From: Bugula neritina
Lineage: Eukaryota > Animalia > Bryozoa
Assembly: GCA_964035545.1 (NCBI GenBank)
Contig: OZ037771.1
Location: 12,957,133-13,021,132, forward strand
DNA: 64,000 bases
Direction: 5' to 3'
In this document: in pieces, positions 13,402 to 28,400 of the stretch
Numbering within the stretch: position 1 is the first letter of the stretch
Layout: each line of letters opens with the position of its first letter
The notes under the pieces: model-generated
Seen by the model: only the letters and a program-made list of their open reading frames with translations
Database searches by the model: none
What the model was told of the DNA's origin: nothing
Position numbers and translations under genes: made by a program

Positions 13402-16400
13402 CCAAATCTTGTTTCTTTTTCAGTTGCAGGCCATTCTAAAATGAGAAGAGCATAAAGAGTGAACTTCATTATACAAACAATGGGAGCCAAATATGGACTG
13501 TGAAAACGCAAGTCAATGCAAAGTATTGCAAATTATATACATTACTCTGCAGAAGTTATGCAAGGTTAAAGTAAGATGGTGTGAAGCAGGTGATGGTCTG
13601 ATGTGTAATTACAACATAATCATTATTATTTACTTTGTCACTGACTTTCTGGCTAAAAAATTGCTTACTAAGGCAAATTGTGAAAGAGACAAGAAAATAA
13701 TTACAACACCTGCCAAATGGCTACCACTGTCCTTCAACAATATCAGCAAAAAATTAATTTTTCAAGCTTCCCTATAGAATGCAATAATGTTTGTTTATAA
13801 TAGAGAGTTAGAGAGAAGATCCTATGGCATAAGTACATTTGTATGGATCTACTTTTCTGCGGAATTGATCTCATATATGTAGTTGAAGTTTCAAGTTTAA
13901 ATATGAATTAACAGAAACTTCTGGCTTCAAAAAATGTGTAAAGAAAGCAAATTTTGAAATTTATTTGAGGCTTGCATTATTACGTATTATATATCTATAT
14001 GCCATAACATATTATATTAAGCATTAATTATTTACAATATTATGTTAATACATATATCACACATCTATTGTTATTATATATTAAGGATATTAAATACTGA
14101 AATTCTTATATGCTATGAATATTTTTATTCTCTTACGATTAGAATATTCTGCTATAGCTGGACTATTTTCTTTACTCACGAAGTTTTATAGCCACTATCC
14201 CTGTGAGAACCCCTGATGGAAAGGCTATTTGTTAAATTGGGCTAAGGACTTATTCCCAAACCTCTTGGATTTTTCCCTTACTAAATGCTTTTAAAAGCAA
14301 CAAAGATGTCTTCCACACCATTTCAGCTAATGTCAAGGTGTAGAACCTGCCATGTTGGTTAGGGAGCAGGCAATGGGGGGGGGGGGCTTAGTCTTAGAGG
14401 GGCACACTTAGATCATGATGATAGAGCAAGATTGAAAAGGAGCAATTAACAGAATTACCACTAAAATATAGTAAAAAGATTGATGTTAATACAGTGTCAA
14501 TCTTCCCATTGTATTCCTAGAAAGGTTTTAGTGCAAACTTTTGACTTTACAACAGATGATGTTATTGTTTACACTGGAGGAGTTAATTCTAAACATGATT
14601 GTTGACAAAAGTGATATTGTGTAGCTATTAAATGTTGTCTGCATGATTGTTCTTTGTATGGTAGAGACAGCAGTAGTCTGTAAGCTGCTAACAAAAACAA
14701 CTGAAAAGAAATGAAAGAATGAATTCTATTCACAATCTGATACAGAGCTTAGGTTGTCTGTCTCCCTGATTGTCCATTATCATATCGTTTATCGTATCGT
14801 TTATCATATCATGTCTCAATTATCACTTTGGTTTCTTATCGGTTCAAACGTCTTGACTGTAGCTGCATATCCTTTCCAAATTTTTTTCATAATTCTTACA
14901 GCCAAAAAAGGCAAGAGTTGAGATTTTAAATTTCTTTTAAGAAGACTACTTTTTAAAATTCCAAAATTCAAAGACAGTAAACTTTCCATGCTACAAATAT
15001 AGCAGCACGGAAAGGAGCAATGTTTTATTACCTGGATTCCACAAGTTTGCATTCACCTCATAGTCTATTTGATTTATAAAAATTTTCTCATCCAAAATAG
15101 AAACTACATTAAACATCTATAAAACTCAATGCACTAGTAACTTGCATGGTTTTTATGCTAGATGAACTGAAAAGTTTGAATAAATGTAACGCGAATAGTG
15201 GAAATAGATCGAGAAAAAGCTGTCATACCAATCAATACCTCCAAAGCAGCCAGCTTCACCTGGCAAAGTTCATTATTCTTAAGAAATAATTCAGAATAAA
15301 AAATTATTTGAGTTCATTGCTCAACAAGATATCTGAACATCATTTAAAAATGGGACTTTGAGCTTTAATGCATTTAGAGGCCCAATTGAACTAATTGCTT
15401 TAGAATTTAGATGTTGTATAGCTCCACGTAATATGTAGAGCTATACAACATTATATTATAACTATACTATATTAATCTATTTATAAGTTACATTAAAACA
15501 ATTCAAGATAGTAGTTCAATAGAACCAAATGAGTGTTTATCTCTTCTGAAAACGTGAGGTATGTCTACCAAACAGTTGTGACAATGTTCTACAGAACTGC
15601 AGTAATAAGCAACGGGACGCACTGGTATCTCACCTTAGAATTCGACACAACAATTGCAGCAGTTTGGAGTGAGGAATCTGAATCATTCATATTATAAATG
15701 ATGTCGCAGTAGTATTTGCCTCTGTTTGTTAACGGGCACCACAGTTTAAACGCTTTCCATGTAGAAGAGAAACACAAGTCCAACGGCATGTGGTTATCCA
15801 GTTTATCCATGTCTCGGCAGACACTTCGTCGTCGTTTTGAAAATATCCAAAGAGCTGAAGAGTTTAACAAAAGTCTTCCTGACAACTATGCATCACCGAG
15901 AAAACGCTGATGTCGTTTTTCGTCGTCACTATTAGTTTACTGTTCATTGGGTTAAAGACAGTATAGTCACTGCTTGTTCCGGAACTTCCCGCTAATCTTA
16001 GAATGAGCAAGACCCTTCGTTCCACAGTAACAAAATACTTATAACTCTCGGCTCTCTAATCAGTGTACAGTCAGTGTACAGGCATGCTTTGTCGTTATAT
16101 AATTCAAGTGCTTCTCAGATTGTGGTAAATAGAAGCTATGCATTTGATCTCTCAGCTAATAGTGGTTGGATTGAACAGCTTGATATACAATACTGTTCAC
16201 ACAGATTAGACATACCTCCCACCTGGGTGCCAGCTTATAGCCAAACACTGAGCAATAGAGGCAGTCCTTGTTGTGCACAGCTTAACTGTACACATTATAA
16301 TATCTAGCTATTATTTATTCATCTAGTTAGGTTATGTTCTTCATATATATCCATTCTTAATGGGAGGTGCTCTTAGGCATGTAGACAAACAGCTCTATTA

Positions 16401-19400
16401 TGCTCTCTATTAATATCTACTGTCAAAACATGCAGAAGATTTCTATCTCTCAACTATCATTGCTTGTAGAGTGTAAGGTAGCTCACGGACTGTGTGTGGT
16501 TTTGCAGATCTACATGTTGCTGCAAGGGGTACCGTGCAGATGCAATATGGTATAATTATAAACAAGGGGGGGGGGAAGGTGGGAATTTGAAAACTGAAAG
16601 TTTTAAATTGGTAAATTTGCCAGCCAATTTTCTAAACACTTTTTATTGCTATTACCTTACTGCATGGCCTAATAATATAGTTCAACTGATGTACAAAATT
16701 TTAGTAATTCTTCATTTGCTGCCCTTTTTTACTATTTTTTGACTAGGCTGACTGAAAAGTTTAAACTTGAAACTTTTAAGCCAACACACTGAATAAACTG
16801 CGTGCCATAGCAGCTAAAATAGCATGTGATGAAAGTCAGCTATAATTACTGTTAGTGTTATAATCTCAAGGACATCAGAGTCGACTGGCAAGCCGTCAGC
16901 ATTAACCAAAATTTATTTTACATTAAAGTTGTTTGAACACATATAAAACCTTCAAACATTCTGTAGATGATAGCTAAGAGATATATGAATATTTTAATAC
17001 TGCATAAATGAAGTGTGTCAAGGTTAATTTTCTTCCAGGCATCATTAAGAAGTTAACTCCATAATTTCGATACTCACATATCTTGGGCCTGTGCAGAGTA
17101 AGAAAATGCAGTGAAATTTTACAAAAAGTACTAAGATTTCCTCTAGATCAAGTATGTATTAGGGGCGTAACATAGCAGAGCCCTGCCAAGACATAACTGG
17201 TAGATGTGACAGAAGCTATGGTAATTGAATTCGTTACTTTATGCTGTATGTGACTTTGCACATGACCTTGTAGTTTCTTTGGCGCCAATTATAGAAGGCA
17301 GTTGACAGACTGATGCCAATTCATTAGCTTGAGTTTTCAATTTGAATTATTTTGGGTATTAGACAAAAGTCAGCTAAGATTTGGGAGTTGCCCAACCACT
17401 AGCAGCATTTTCACACCTGTGTGCATGGCTAGAATTAGCGTGAAAGGTGATGTACACCAGAGCTGGAGATGAAAAATTTCCTGATTTACGTGAACAAGTA
17501 GAGGCTGTGTGATTAATGAGTGAGAAATGATGAAATTCTGCCCAAAAAATTGGTAGTATTGTGAGCTAATTTTCTGTCTGGAAAGTTTTTAAATAACCTT
17601 AATTTTAGTAGAAAACGTATAAAATATAAAAAAATACTTAAAAAAAAGATATTTTATGCTATCAATGTCAAATATACTACATAAAACTTATAAACTGAAA
17701 AATAAAAATTTGACAATACTTGAAAGCACTGTAAAGATAGAAACCAGACGACTCCAAAACTCTGGTTTAAAATAAGAATTTTGATGGAAACTCTTACCCA
17801 ATATCATTATAATTGATATAATATATTTAAAAAGAAAAAAAAATGCAAGAATTGAAATGACCACTTTGTTTGCAGTGCACAGTAACACCTTGTTATTTCT
17901 TTATTCCCATATTCTAAACTTTCTACTTGTTTTCTACGCTTTCTATACGCAATCTATATTTTTTACAAGCATTAAAAAGCGGCAGATTCTATACAGGATA
18001 CGTCTGCGACTCACCTTATAGTTTTTCAACCTTGACACGGTCAGCAAGTCTTCCGTCTCACTTTCACTGCTGCCGGTACGCTCAGCTTCCTGTTGCAGTC
18101 TGGCGATGATCTTCTTTCTGATTACTTTAGGTGACAGCGAGAACTTTCTGGTCAACTTAGAGGAGCTGTTAGTGGTGGGAGAATTCGGAGAAAGTGACGC
18201 TGATATAGAAGACAACTTCCCAGCGGAACCAACTCGGTTGTTCTCCTGAGAACCTTCTGCAGATATTCTATGAAAAAGAAAAAAATTGAGAATTCATTTG
18301 ACTGAGTAATGAGAAATATATGTGACCAGCATCTATGGAATGGGACAAATATGTGTAAATATTGAGTGTTAATATATATATATAAGATATGCAATGTTAT
18401 GCTACACATTATAGTAAATATTAAATGTTATGATTAGACAAAGTCGTTGACGGGGCAGATGTTGATATAAATGAAAAGATATGACACTCATATAAAATAA
18501 ATATTATGAAGTGGTGAGCAACCAAATGTCCACAAATATTATGAGTGATAACATAAACTCCAACTCAAAGTCACTCTAATCTACTGATTTCTGAACTTTT
18601 AGTTTATTCTACTTCAGAGTTAACCTGAGCACAACCTGGCCATTCAAATGCTTCCAATGCATTGATAGTTCAGTTTGAATAGTGATAATGTTTTCAGTAA
18701 AGGAGACAACTTCCATTGTCTAATAAGAGTTGGAAAAACTAAGGAAAAGAACTTCTAATTAAAATCGAAAAGTTTAGTAATAGCAATGTGTGTCGCAAAT
18801 AAATAGTAACTAGACTAGTAGTAATTTTGATTCAAAAGCAATAAGTAAATGAGATTTGAATATTATATTAATGTTGTGAGAAGCCCCGAAGTGTATAGTA
18901 GCTACAAGGTGCTTGCAGGTGAAACCCATTATTCTTAAAAGCAGTAGCTGCAGAAAACATGGTTCATTGTCTAAGTTATATATTTGGACACTCATTTAAT
19001 GCTTCCAATATAATCCTGATGGTTCCAATAATTTGTAATCCCAATAGTATCACTCTTTTACTGAATTTATATAGCACAATAAAATAAGAGTATAGGGAAA
19101 ATAGATTCCATGAAAGGAAAGAAGCCCAAATAATTGCACAATATAAAGACATCTGTGAGGTATTTTAGTCTCCCCTACACACCTTTGTAGGTAAAAGACA
19201 CTGTTTGGTAGAATTGGTGAATCGAAACCTCTCTAATGATTTAGGTACACCCATAACTGCTCTTTTCTTGAATTCTAATTCTATCAGATTTTTGAAAACA
19301 GAAAGTAGTTGGCATATGAAATAAAGCAGCGATGCTATAAGTTCAAATGTCAAACTAAAGGTTATTAACTCAGGCCGAGAGGAAATCTACAGTTCAGAAT

Positions 19401-22400
19401 TCAACACCAACAAGACTCTCTCTGGCAGAACCGTAGCGTCAACTTGCCCAAACAATTTAATTAACAAGAGGATACAATTCCTAATATAAACTTACAGTAC
19501 AATATAATGATAATACTGTGGCAGTTTTTCTACTTCTAAGATTTGATTCCACATTTAGCATCATTAAAAATAAGTTTAAAAATTGTGGAGCTGTAACATC
19601 AAGCACTACGTAATACTAACCAGGATGTAGCCACTATATTATACTATTTATACCAAATTAAGCACTGCACCATGTAATTAATCAAGTGTATTTTAGGTAC
19701 TAGTTGTACACAGGTGTATATGGCAATTATATTCCCAACAGATTGATAGCTAATGGCTACCATATGCATGATTAAAGTCATTCTAGTGCAGGCAGCATTG
19801 CTGCTAATTAGGACTGACAACTCCCGAGGCTGTATTCAGATACAATATAATTCATTACTGAATATATACACATCTTCTATCCAACTTTAGATGGTCAGAG
19901 GCTGTTATATTGGATACAGTTTCACAAAGTAGCTCAATTAGGTGAAAGTATGAGGCATACATCTACTACTGTTTACACAACGCTATCAGCACAACAGCTA
20001 CATGTATAACACAGCCTCTAAAGTTTAGAGTATAGACTATAAATAACACCCCACCTTTCACTTCCCATATACCTGTATATAGTTCACAGCTATAAGCTCA
20101 CAACACCAGAGATATAACTGGATGGTAATGCACACCCACCCAATACACACTAGTGATAGCATTTGTTTAAATTGAGGGAGTGATGGCATAGAATGGAGAT
20201 AAGAAGTTGTACCGCCACCTATTAATTTACCAACAAAGCAAGACTTCATTAAGAAACCTGTGTATATGCGTATGTTTTAGCTGGCAAGTATTCAACTAGT
20301 GCCATGTCACCTTGCCATGGGGGAAGTTACCTGCAGAGGGCTGTCAGAGATGCATGGTACTTGCTCAGGGCTGTCTGTTTCTATTTTCTACTAGTTTAGA
20401 AGTATCCAAACTAATTCAGTAAACCTTGAATACAGCTCACTATGAGCTTCCATAATATCAGTTTGAAAAAGCTAATAACTAAAACGTTGCCATGCAATAG
20501 TATTCCCAAAACTGCTGCCAGTTACTTTAGAGCAGGCAATTCTAGATTTGGAGTTGTCTTTCGATAAGTAGACGTATAACTAACAGTTATCAAAGTGAAT
20601 TGAATAAACAACATGATTCAGAATTCTATCGGTTTGAGTTAAAAGTGCAAAAAGTATTCTAAAAAATAACTGTGATCCTAAGAGTTGTCTGCTCAATAAA
20701 TAACCCAAACTTAACCCGAACTTCCAACAAACAAAAGCATGAGTAAGACAGAAATAAGCACCTACTTCAACCACAGCTGAGCTAGATGCATTGATTTTGC
20801 AAATTTCGCAGCTATTTTGAGACTTTTAAAACCATTTCTCACACGTAACCAAACTTTCAATTTTGGAAACTTGTAAGAACAGCGCTATAGCTTTTTCAGG
20901 TGAAGTACCTTCTACGGCTTGTAATGGATCCCCATGTCTGAGCACGCTCCCTGATGCCCTCCTCTTCTGGGGGTTCCACGTAGATGACAAAACCTATGTT
21001 GGTGGTCTCCAACATCCCTCCTTCTTTGCATCTACTACTCTATACTGCACCAAGTTACAGACTCGTTGGAGAATCGGAGAGACTTAAAACTGTGAGAAGA
21101 CTGAATAAGTAGCTACTCTGTGTCCCAGCTGCAGATACTCCCTTCTGACAGGTGGAATAAGCAGAGCAGTGAGTGTGTTTAAGTTGCATACTATGCCAAG
21201 TATGGGACCAATAGCTGTTAGTGTAACAAATACCTGAGCATTTTCATTGGACAGTCAATATACTATGAAAGCAGTAGCCGGGGAGCTGAGTTAGCCCTTC
21301 ACCTATACTAATCTCTGATAGATAATAGTTTACTTCTATGCACTATTTACATTTGAAGACTGATTACTAGCATCTATTATGTAATGGAATGTTGCAGCTA
21401 GGTTATAAAAGGGAGCTCTGTGTAATGTTACACCTTGATTGTAGCAGCAGTAATTGTGTTTTAATTTAAATATTTGCGATAAGAAAACATTATTTGCATT
21501 TAAAATACATTTCAGTGCATTTCACCTGAACTGAAATCATTTTTGTTGAAATTTGTGATGAAACTGTGTGATTTCATTGGACAATGGAATCCTGAATGAA
21601 AATTTCTAATCTATATAAGAAAACTAAGGAAAGATTGTATCACAATAAAATTACTTCATTACTCATAATACAAAACTTGTAGAATATAAAGCACTATTTA
21701 TCAGTCTCTATTAAAGAAATAAATAGAATAGTTATTGGCCAAAGAAAGTTAGATTTTTGTTTGCATTAATGAAAATTTTAATTTTTAAACTCCTTAGCAA
21801 TACCTATTTGGCTAGATCGATTCAAACTAATTAGGGTGTAATATAATATAAGATATTGTAATGCTAAGTAATAAACTTCAATAAACTGTAATATAGAAAA
21901 CATAATAGATATAATATATGTAATATTCTTATATTATATTATAAATGCAGCATACTAGGTAACTAAGCAACCAACTATTGAACCATGTTGCACAGTGTAA
22001 TACCAGCTGTAGATTACATAACTGAGAGATCTAAGAGTAGCCCAGTAGAGGACTCAATTCAACTCATCTATCACATCAATTAAGATTACTATACTACAGT
22101 ATACTATAGTATAGTATAGTAATAATACGGCAATACTTACTGGTTACACATCATAAAGCTACTTCAGTAACTCAAGATGAACTCAATGGTGATACTCAGA
22201 ACATGCAGAGTGGAAAAGGATATCTGAGGTGTGGGAAAAGAACATTTGAGTAGGTGATAATATAATAAATTGTTATATAGTATCTCACAATTAGTGTTAT
22301 ATAGTATGTCACAATAAGTTTTATATAGCATGCCACAACGAGTATTATATAGTATGCCACAACGAGTGTTATATAGTATGTCACAATGAGTGTTATATAG

Positions 22401-25400
22401 TATGTCACAATAAGTTTTATATAGCATGTCACAACGAGTGTTATATAGTATCTCACAATGAGTTTTATATAGTATGTCACAATGAGTGTTATATAGTATC
22501 TCACAATGAGTTTTATATAGTATGTCACAATGAGTGTTATATAGTATGTCACAATAAGTTTTATATAGCATGTCACAACGAGTGTTATATAGTATGTCAC
22601 AATGAGTGTTATATAGTATGTCATAATGAGTGTTATATAGTATGTCACAATGAGTATTATATAGTATGTCACCACGAGTGCTATATAGTATGTCACAATG
22701 AGTGTTATATAGTATGTCACAATGAGTGTTATATAGTATGTCACAATAAGTTTTATATAGCATGTCACAACGAGTGTTATATAGTATCTCACAATGAGTT
22801 TTATATAGTATGTCACAATGAGTGTTATATAGTATCTCACAATGAGTTTTATATAGTATGTCACAATGAGTGTTATATAGTATGTCACAATAAGTTTTAT
22901 ATAGCATGTCACAACGAGTGTTATATAGTATGTCACAATGAGTGTTATATAGTATGTCATAATGAGTGCTATATAGTATGTCACAATGAGTATTATATAG
23001 TATGTCACCACGAGTGTTATATAGTATGTCACAGTGAGTGTTATATAGTATGTCACAGTGAGTGTTATATAGTATTTCACAATGGGTGTTATAAATTATA
23101 ATATTACTTATATAAATTTGATATAGGTAAGTTTATTATACAAGCTTTGATTTTGTTTAGAGTTATGGATTTAATTCGTTGACAGATTCCTTAAATTATT
23201 GTTTGATTTTCGACAAAGTTGGCTTTAGTTTTATAAAAATCATGAAATTCACGAAAATAAACTTGTTTAAAAGCAAAATATAAATAAATTTTTATTAAAT
23301 GAAAGAAGACATATATATATTAGCTATTTTTTAGTTTTGCTTATTCCTAATTTAGTAACATCGTCACGGTTGTTGAAATATTAGTAATGAAAAATTAGTG
23401 AATGCAACTACTTCTAAACTTCCCTTTTGATTACAATGTATTGCATAAAATGAATAGATTACAGAGTGGGAGGTACAGTTAGTTGATTCTGTATTGTTAC
23501 ATCAGATAGAAGGAGGGAAAGTAAAGCTAGGCTCAGTTTTCAATAACCAATTACATGTATACTAATAACATTAATTTAATTTCTCACACATCCTGCACAG
23601 CTAAAAGGCAAAAGCTAGCCCGATAAATTCCCCTACAACATAAATGTTACGGCTGGGTATATAGTTGCACCCTAGATAAGGCAGCTTATTACATCAACTT
23701 TGGTGCTTTGTACTTGTTGCCTGACTTTATGAAAATGTTTGTCTAAGTTTTCAATTATATGTATGAGAGAAAGGTCGAGTTCTCATAGACACAGAAGCAC
23801 ACTGTGTACCATATCATAATTATATTACACTTATTGTAGCCTATATGTTGCTTGGATAATGATTTGGTGCACTTCTAAAGAAACTCTTTCAAGTTCTCAA
23901 GGCTTGCTTTCCACCAAATGCCTGAGAAAAATGTTTGTCTTTATCCAATGAAGTTCAAAGTTTCAAAAAAAGATTGTAGTTTAGGCAATTTAAAAATGGT
24001 TTCAATAACTTTATAATTGTGCGGATTAATTTAATACGAGCATGTTCATCTGTTTTATACGATAACTGTGGTAACACAGATATGCTCTGGTGGTTAAATG
24101 AACTAAAGTAAAAAGTTCACCATTTATTTTAATTATGAATTGGAAGTTGAAATAACTAATAGTAAACTTCAAAGCAAACTTCTTCTGAGTTGTGCTAAAT
24201 AATTTATATAGAAGCTATAATTTTCAAACATTTAATAATACTTAGAATAGTTTTCTAAAGTTAGCTTTTATGGGAACACTAATTTATGTGCCATCCGAAT
24301 TTTACCATCAGTTATGTGCAGACAACTACAAATGTCTCACAACTCTTTGCTGCAGATGCAATAAAACAATAAGCAGACAACTTCTAAGTTATGCATTTGT
24401 AAAAGGGGAGACAACTCAATGGAACACAATGAAATAAGTGCACAGCAGTTTTCTCTTAATGCAGAACTGATTAGAACTGGAGTTGTGCTATCCATGCCTT
24501 ATTGTACAGTGAATCGAAGGAGACTAGAAACCAAGCATTCCCATGAAAGCAAAGACGTATACATAGCTATAGATATATGAGGAGGGGACAAATCCCAAAA
24601 CAGCTGCTGTACACAGATTGAGTTAAATATAGATATAAGCAGTGAAGTTAGATATATAAGTATATGTTATATAGATAAAAGGTATAATGTTATCAAGTAA
24701 TTTCAGCCATAGGGTATCCTGACATTGAAAAATTACTAAAATATGACAACTTCTTATTTATTCTCACCTTTCATTTTCACTGGTCGTCCTGTGGCGATGC
24801 TCGGGAGATGGCCGGACAGGAAGTGTGCTGAACATCATGGACACGTCTCCAAACATTCTGATGCCAGCGTCTCTACTCGGCGAAGTTTTCGCAAAGTTAG
24901 TCGGAAGAGTCTGAAAGCCGAGTCCCTCGTCAAAGTTCTGATCAACAACTCGGCAATATGACTCATGCCGGGATCTACAAACAGCAGCAGGTTTTGATTT
25001 AATTGAAATTTATCATAACATAATATATAACATATTATATTATAATATTATATTATAGTATAATGTTATATATAATATATCATCATATATGATAATATAT
25101 TATATTATAATATAATTTTATAATATACTATTATAATATTATGATATAATATGTTATATAATATATATATTATTATCATATATGATAATATATATTATAT
25201 AATATATAGCATCTTACATTATAATAATAAATATCATGTTATAACATTATATTATAATATTATAATATATTATATATAATATATCATAATATTATAATAT
25301 AATATGTTAGATACTATATTACTATTATCATTATCATTTTAACATCGGGTATTCATAGCTTAAGAAACTTAAAGAGAAACAACTAAAACTTATCATAATA

Positions 25401-28400
25401 CCTAAAAGCTGATGTTTTGAAGTTGTCTGTCTCTGTTGAGTCATGAGTTTCAGATTGCTTTCTGCCTAAAGTGGAGCTGGGACTGCTATTGGCCCAATAC
25501 TTCTTATGGAGGACGTCGAGCAGCGATGGTGAAGCTGTCCCTTTAGTGGCAGCAGTTGTCACTGCCTACACACATGAAGAATATCGCTGACAACATATAA
25601 GTTACCAGAATATCAGAGGTTTCAACAACTAATAAAGAAAGCAAATAACTAATGATTAACATTTAATATATATCGCTAAAAAATTAACCGTCTGAGATCG
25701 AATTTTGCCTTTCAAAAGGTGAAGGCAAAGCCATTGGGAACTCAATGCCATGTATTCTATAAATAACTAACTATATTTAAACACACTGTAGAGGTCAGGT
25801 AAATATACTCACTACTGTAGAGGTCAAATGTATATACTCACTACTGTAGAGGTCAAATGTATATACTCACTACTGTAGAGGTCAAATGTATATACTTACT
25901 ATTGTAGAGGTCAAATGTATATACTCACTACTGTAGAGCTCAAATGTATATACTCACTACTGTAGAGGTCAAATGTATATACTTACTATTGTAGAGCTCA
26001 AATGTATATACTCACTACTGCAGAGGTCAAATGTATATACTTACTATTGTAGAGCTCAAATGTATATACTCACTACTGCAGAGGTCAAATGTATATACTC
26101 ACTACTGTAGAGGTCAAATGTATATACTTACTACTGTAGAGGTCAAATGTATATACTTACTACTGCAGAGGTCAAATGTATATACTCATTACTGTAGAGG
26201 TCAAATGTATATACTCACTACTGTAGAGGTCAAATGTATATACTCACTACTGCAGAGCTCAAATGTGTATACTCACTACTGCTGGTGAAAATTCAAACAC
26301 AAATCCAGGATTGATAAGTCCCCTGTCCTTCAAAGTTAGAGTCGGTGTTACAACGATCTCAGGTGGGGACATAAACTGTGATGCGATCATATCTGTTTGT
26401 GGATCTGTGGCTATATCTAGAGTCCTAGGTCTTTGAGCTCTAACGTTTCCATTAGATTCAGCAGATACAGTTTCCTTCCTGGCAGTGAAAGAACTCAGAT
26501 ATCACGAGAAACAAATACAATGAGAGGTCACTTTGATAACTCTTATTGAGCTGCGATTGACCAACGCTTGCTCTTGGCCGATTGCCCATAGCAGAGTCTA
26601 GCTAGTGTGTTTTAACTGCTAAAAGTATTGACTATGTGTTGTTGTAAAAGTTGAATACACATCTACCCTTTCAAACATCTGGCATTAAGTAGTAAAAAGT
26701 ACTGTGGATTATACCTACTCCAAGCCACTAAAAGGAGTCATTAGGCAAAGTAGAGGGCTCAGTCTTTTGCTGCTTAATTATAAGTCAATATATAAACAAT
26801 GTTCAATTAATTAAGATAGAGCGTGCTAAGGGTGCTTCCCACGCTACCCTTTCTCCAAGTATACATGCCCATTTATTGAACTCAATCACAATTTATCAAT
26901 TACAGTGCTTCCTCCATATCTCACTATGGTGTGTATCTCACTATGCTTCGGGTCCGAAACTTCAATTCGTGACATAATAGAATACCAGATTATTCTCACG
27001 TGTCCGTTGAATTCGGCCATTTTGTCCTTTTTCACACGTACATAAGCCACTAAACAGGAGTCCAAGCCCTTCTCGCTACCTAAGGAATCTTGTGAGAAAT
27101 GAAACCGTGAGATATAGAGGGAGCACTGTACTCCAACTTGTATACTAGGTTGCTGCTGAAGGTACGAAGTGAAACCTTACCAATACTTCTCAGTTAGAGT
27201 TGAAGCTACAGCAACACAGCGTTGCAGCAACAGAGTGACTAAACTAAATGATCAGTTGCCTGTTTATTATACTTTAAGACGTGTCAATCACATTTTTCTT
27301 TCAAAACCAATTGACTTTTTAAAGGCATTTGAATGGATTTGTGCCAAGCAGTTATCAAGTTTCGCCTACAGGGGCTTCTGTTTAGGCACTAAAGTCATGC
27401 ACTTGCTCGTATTATATAGAAATGAGTGCAAAATCACAGACTTTTCTAGTAGCACTAGTTCTGTAGCACGAGAGGTTGCTAGTTTGTGGGACGAAGGAGG
27501 CACGCTCAAACATAGAAGTAAAGTGTAGAAACCAAAGCTAAGATAAATTTTACAGTATATAAAACAGAATAGCAAAAAATCAACAGGTTCTAACTTTATG
27601 AAAAAATTTCACTGTTGGTAAAGGTAGATTTGTGTTGAGTGTGAAAGTCATAAAGATAAAACAAATACATAATTTCAGTTTAAAACATAATCATCATTTT
27701 GCAGGTGCGTGATTTGTACAAAACTTCGAATCGGTTTCTTCAAGGATCTCACTTTAAATAAGTAAATTCAAATAAAAGTAGTGAGTTGAAATTTGTAAAA
27801 AAATCTAACCATGTTGGCTTATAATATTTATAGCGATTACCAATTAGTTTTTTGTTAAACGAGCAGATATTTTCATGCTAAAACATAATATTTACATTAT
27901 GCCTCATACTGTTCATTAGGCCCAAAACAGTAGCAAGACAACTCCAATAAAACAGAAGCTACTTCTAGTAATAGAATTCATCGCTTTTCATGCATTAACT
28001 TACTTGTCCAGGTCTGCAGTAGCATCTGTTGGAACTAACGCCTCCTGGTTTTGGACAGCCTGTGAAGAAGCACTGTCTATGTCGGTTGGGGGTGGCACTG
28101 GGAGATCCAATCTATCTAATTGTGTCACAGGCTTCATTAACGAACCATTTGTGAGTAAAACTCGCCTTTTCTCTCTCGAGTTTGTCAGAGTAGAAGAGGG
28201 GCATATGTGAGAAGCCCCTATTGTCTGCGTAGACTGATCAGAGTTTACAGGGCTACAAGAAAACTTAGTCACAAGGTCGCTTGTATCGTGGTTTGGCACA
28301 AAAGAATCATCAGAGGAAGTGGTTTGCTTGACATCTGCCTTTGGCCGTTGCTCGAGCACTGAGCAATCCGGCGATAAACTAGACGCCGATATTGAAGACG

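Noticed and set aside
15864-16055. Phase-0 minus-strand exon RAESYKYF..EDFC* following exon 18015
   Set aside because: Weak polypyrimidine tract; more simply the 5'UTR of the candidate first exon at 15810. Not excluded, but unsupported.
22164-23080. 247-aa and 294-aa ORFs with Cys/His/Tyr periodicity
   Set aside because: Translations of the 24-bp minisatellite, open in several frames, with no gene context
25784-26282. CRISPR-like regular repeats (also at 22270 and 62061)
   Set aside because: Head-to-tail units with no unique spacers and no cas genes, in a eukaryotic intron
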